A stretch of 64,000 nucleotides of DNA from Nanobdellati archaeon (GTDB lineage: Archaea > EX4484-52 > GLR71). The position numbers and the translations under genes are program-made. The stretch covers positions 79,924-143,923 of the forward strand of contig JAHYJR010000003.1 in assembly GCA_019429005.1 (NCBI GenBank), written 5' to 3'. Positions 62,494 through 64,000 of this stretch are shown piece by piece. Below the pieces are notes generated by a model. It saw nothing but the letters and a program-made list of their open reading frames with translations. It searched no databases and was not told where the DNA came from. Every line of letters starts with the position of its first letter. The stretch's first letter is position 1.

Positions 62494-63486
62494 TTAAAAC
62501 AAATGCTCATATATAATTTTCGCGTCACGACCTAACTTACAACTAATGACATCAATCACACCATCAACAGCTTTTAATCTTGAGATAATTTCTTGCTCAT
62601 CCTTTTCTAAACATAACAATTTTACCTGAGGCCCCGCATCAATTGTAAAATAGGATTCTAACCCATTCTCTCTCCATAACTTAACAGCATTCATTATCCT
62701 TATCGTAGATGGATTCCAATAAATTATTGAGGGAACGGTTGCTATCATCAATGCATGCATTTTAAGTGCATTATGTTCCGATGTTTTTCCAAGAAGTGAA
62801 AAATCTTTATTTTTAAATGCCTCTTTCACATCAAGTATATCCTTATCAACAGATTTAAGCCAACCATCATAAAATGGACAAGTCTCAACTGTCTGTTTCA
62901 TTCCAGAGCGACTTTTTACTTCCTTTTCAGATAATGTAACAACCCCAACAACAACCCTTAATTCAGGCCAATAATCATAAGATTCAATCTTTTTTGCATA
63001 ACTATCTGTTCCATCTCCAGCTTCACCTTTATTCCATTCAACAAAACCACCATAAATGGATCTGCACGAAGACCCAGAACCACGCCTTGCAAGAATTGAA
63101 AGATCTTTCTTATCTAAGTTCAACCCAATAGCATCTGTTGCAGCCATCACAAGAGCAGCAGAACCAGATGCAGAACTAGCAAGACCTGCGGCTGTCGGAA
63201 AATTATTTTTTGATACGACTTTTGCTTTCTGTGACGATTTAGCAATTTCCCTAACCATATCTAACTGCGACAAAACCCGTTCTTTATCTTTTCCAGATGT
63301 GACTTTGTCATCTAAAATAAAAATATCCTCATCATAGTCATCACTAAACTCAACTGTTGTAATTGTGCTAAGCTCACTGAGCGTTACAGACACATTTGAA
63401 TTCTGTGGAAGTATCAATTTTTCATCTCTCTTGCCCCAGTATTTCACAAGAGCTATATTAGCATTTGCTAAAGCTGTCGATTTCAT
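62494..63486 (-). CDS. mvaD: Diphosphomevalonate decarboxylase family
   Basis: NIALVKYWGKRD..L.LP, NFPTAAGLASSASG, R.GSGS.CRS, SR.GM, FTIDAGP. Confidence 0.92.
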   Translation of the reverse strand: MKSTALANANIALVKYWGKRDEKLILPQNSNVSVTLSELSTITTVEFSDDYDEDIFILDDKVTSGKDKERVLSQLDMVREIAKSSQKAKVVSKNNFPTAAGLASSASGSAALVMAATDAIGLNLDKKDLSILARRGSGSSCRSIYGGFVEWNKGEAGDGTDSYAKKIESYDYWPELRVVVGVVTLSEKEVKSRSGMKQTVETCPFYDGWLKSVDKDILDVKEAFKNKDFSLLGKTSEHNALKMHALMIATVPSIIYWNPSTIRIMNAVKLWRENGLESYFTIDAGPQVKLLCLEKDEQEIISRLKAVDGVIDVISCKLGRDAKIIYEHLF

Positions 63487-63588
63487 AAAACATCAATTCC
63501 TCTTAAATATAACAGATTTATGTTTACATTTAAAGATATGTACATTTTTCAAAAAAAGTTCGTCAAAATACGTATATATCATATACTA

Positions 63589-63798
63589 TTAAATATGCTT
63601 AAGAATACAATCTAATAAATTGATAATATTTGTTTCAAGACGTTTATTAAATTCTCTTGAAAGTGTCTGCTGTGGAATACCTGTCTTTTTTGATAAATCA
63701 GTAGCAGAAAACATCTAATAATTATTATCAGAAAATTGTATGAGTGACATTACCCATTTTTTAGTAATATTACTCGTTTTTAAGTTTATAATTCCCAT
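63589..63798 (-). pseudogene. Truncated HTH protein remnant with internal TAG
   Basis: ..NNY*MFSATDLSKKTGIPQQTLSREFN..; TAG at 63715-63717. Confidence 0.55.
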
Positions 63799-64000
63799 AG
63801 ATATTTAGTATTTTTTTTGTTTATATATTTTTTATAATAGATACATATAACAACAAACAACGATGTAATAAATTACAACACTAAAAACGCATATAGTCAG
63901 CTATTTTATCTACTGCGCAGTTCTTAATATACTATTTTTTTCTTAAAAACGTATTATATATACAATTTTACCACTCAAAATGTATCATTAATGTATTATA

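Overview
AT-rich archaeal chromosomal segment, most consistent with a DPANN-type small-genome archaeon (inference from gene content). Core archaeal genes: Ogg, aMBF1, Orc1/Cdc6, PINA, aTrm56, Taw1, RNase Z, Trm11-like, EndoIV, FEN1, PCM and bacterial-type ThrRS. Metabolic genes: the nucleoside/AMP pathway (form II/III RuBisCO, R15P isomerase, AMP phosphorylase), a porGDAB operon, TrkAH and a classical mvaD-mvaK1-mvaK2 mevalonate operon. About a dozen accessory genes are broken by stops, frameshifts or truncation, including a three-part RMD1 / inverted uL14 / thrC mosaic. Most notable observations: (i) four genes whose SD motif and expected N-terminus point to ATA/ATT/ATC starts; (ii) an unannotated three-micro-ORF operon with an apparently structured leader and terminator; (iii) a degenerate HisRS paralog upstream of PINA; (iv) a pair of PC4-like small paralogs; (v) helically phased GTTTCA repeats at a membrane-wHTH/secreted-protein/SHOCT module; (vi) strong uniform strand asymmetry. 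No rRNA, tRNA, CRISPR array or transposase was seen. All family calls are from motif recognition by eye; no searches were run.
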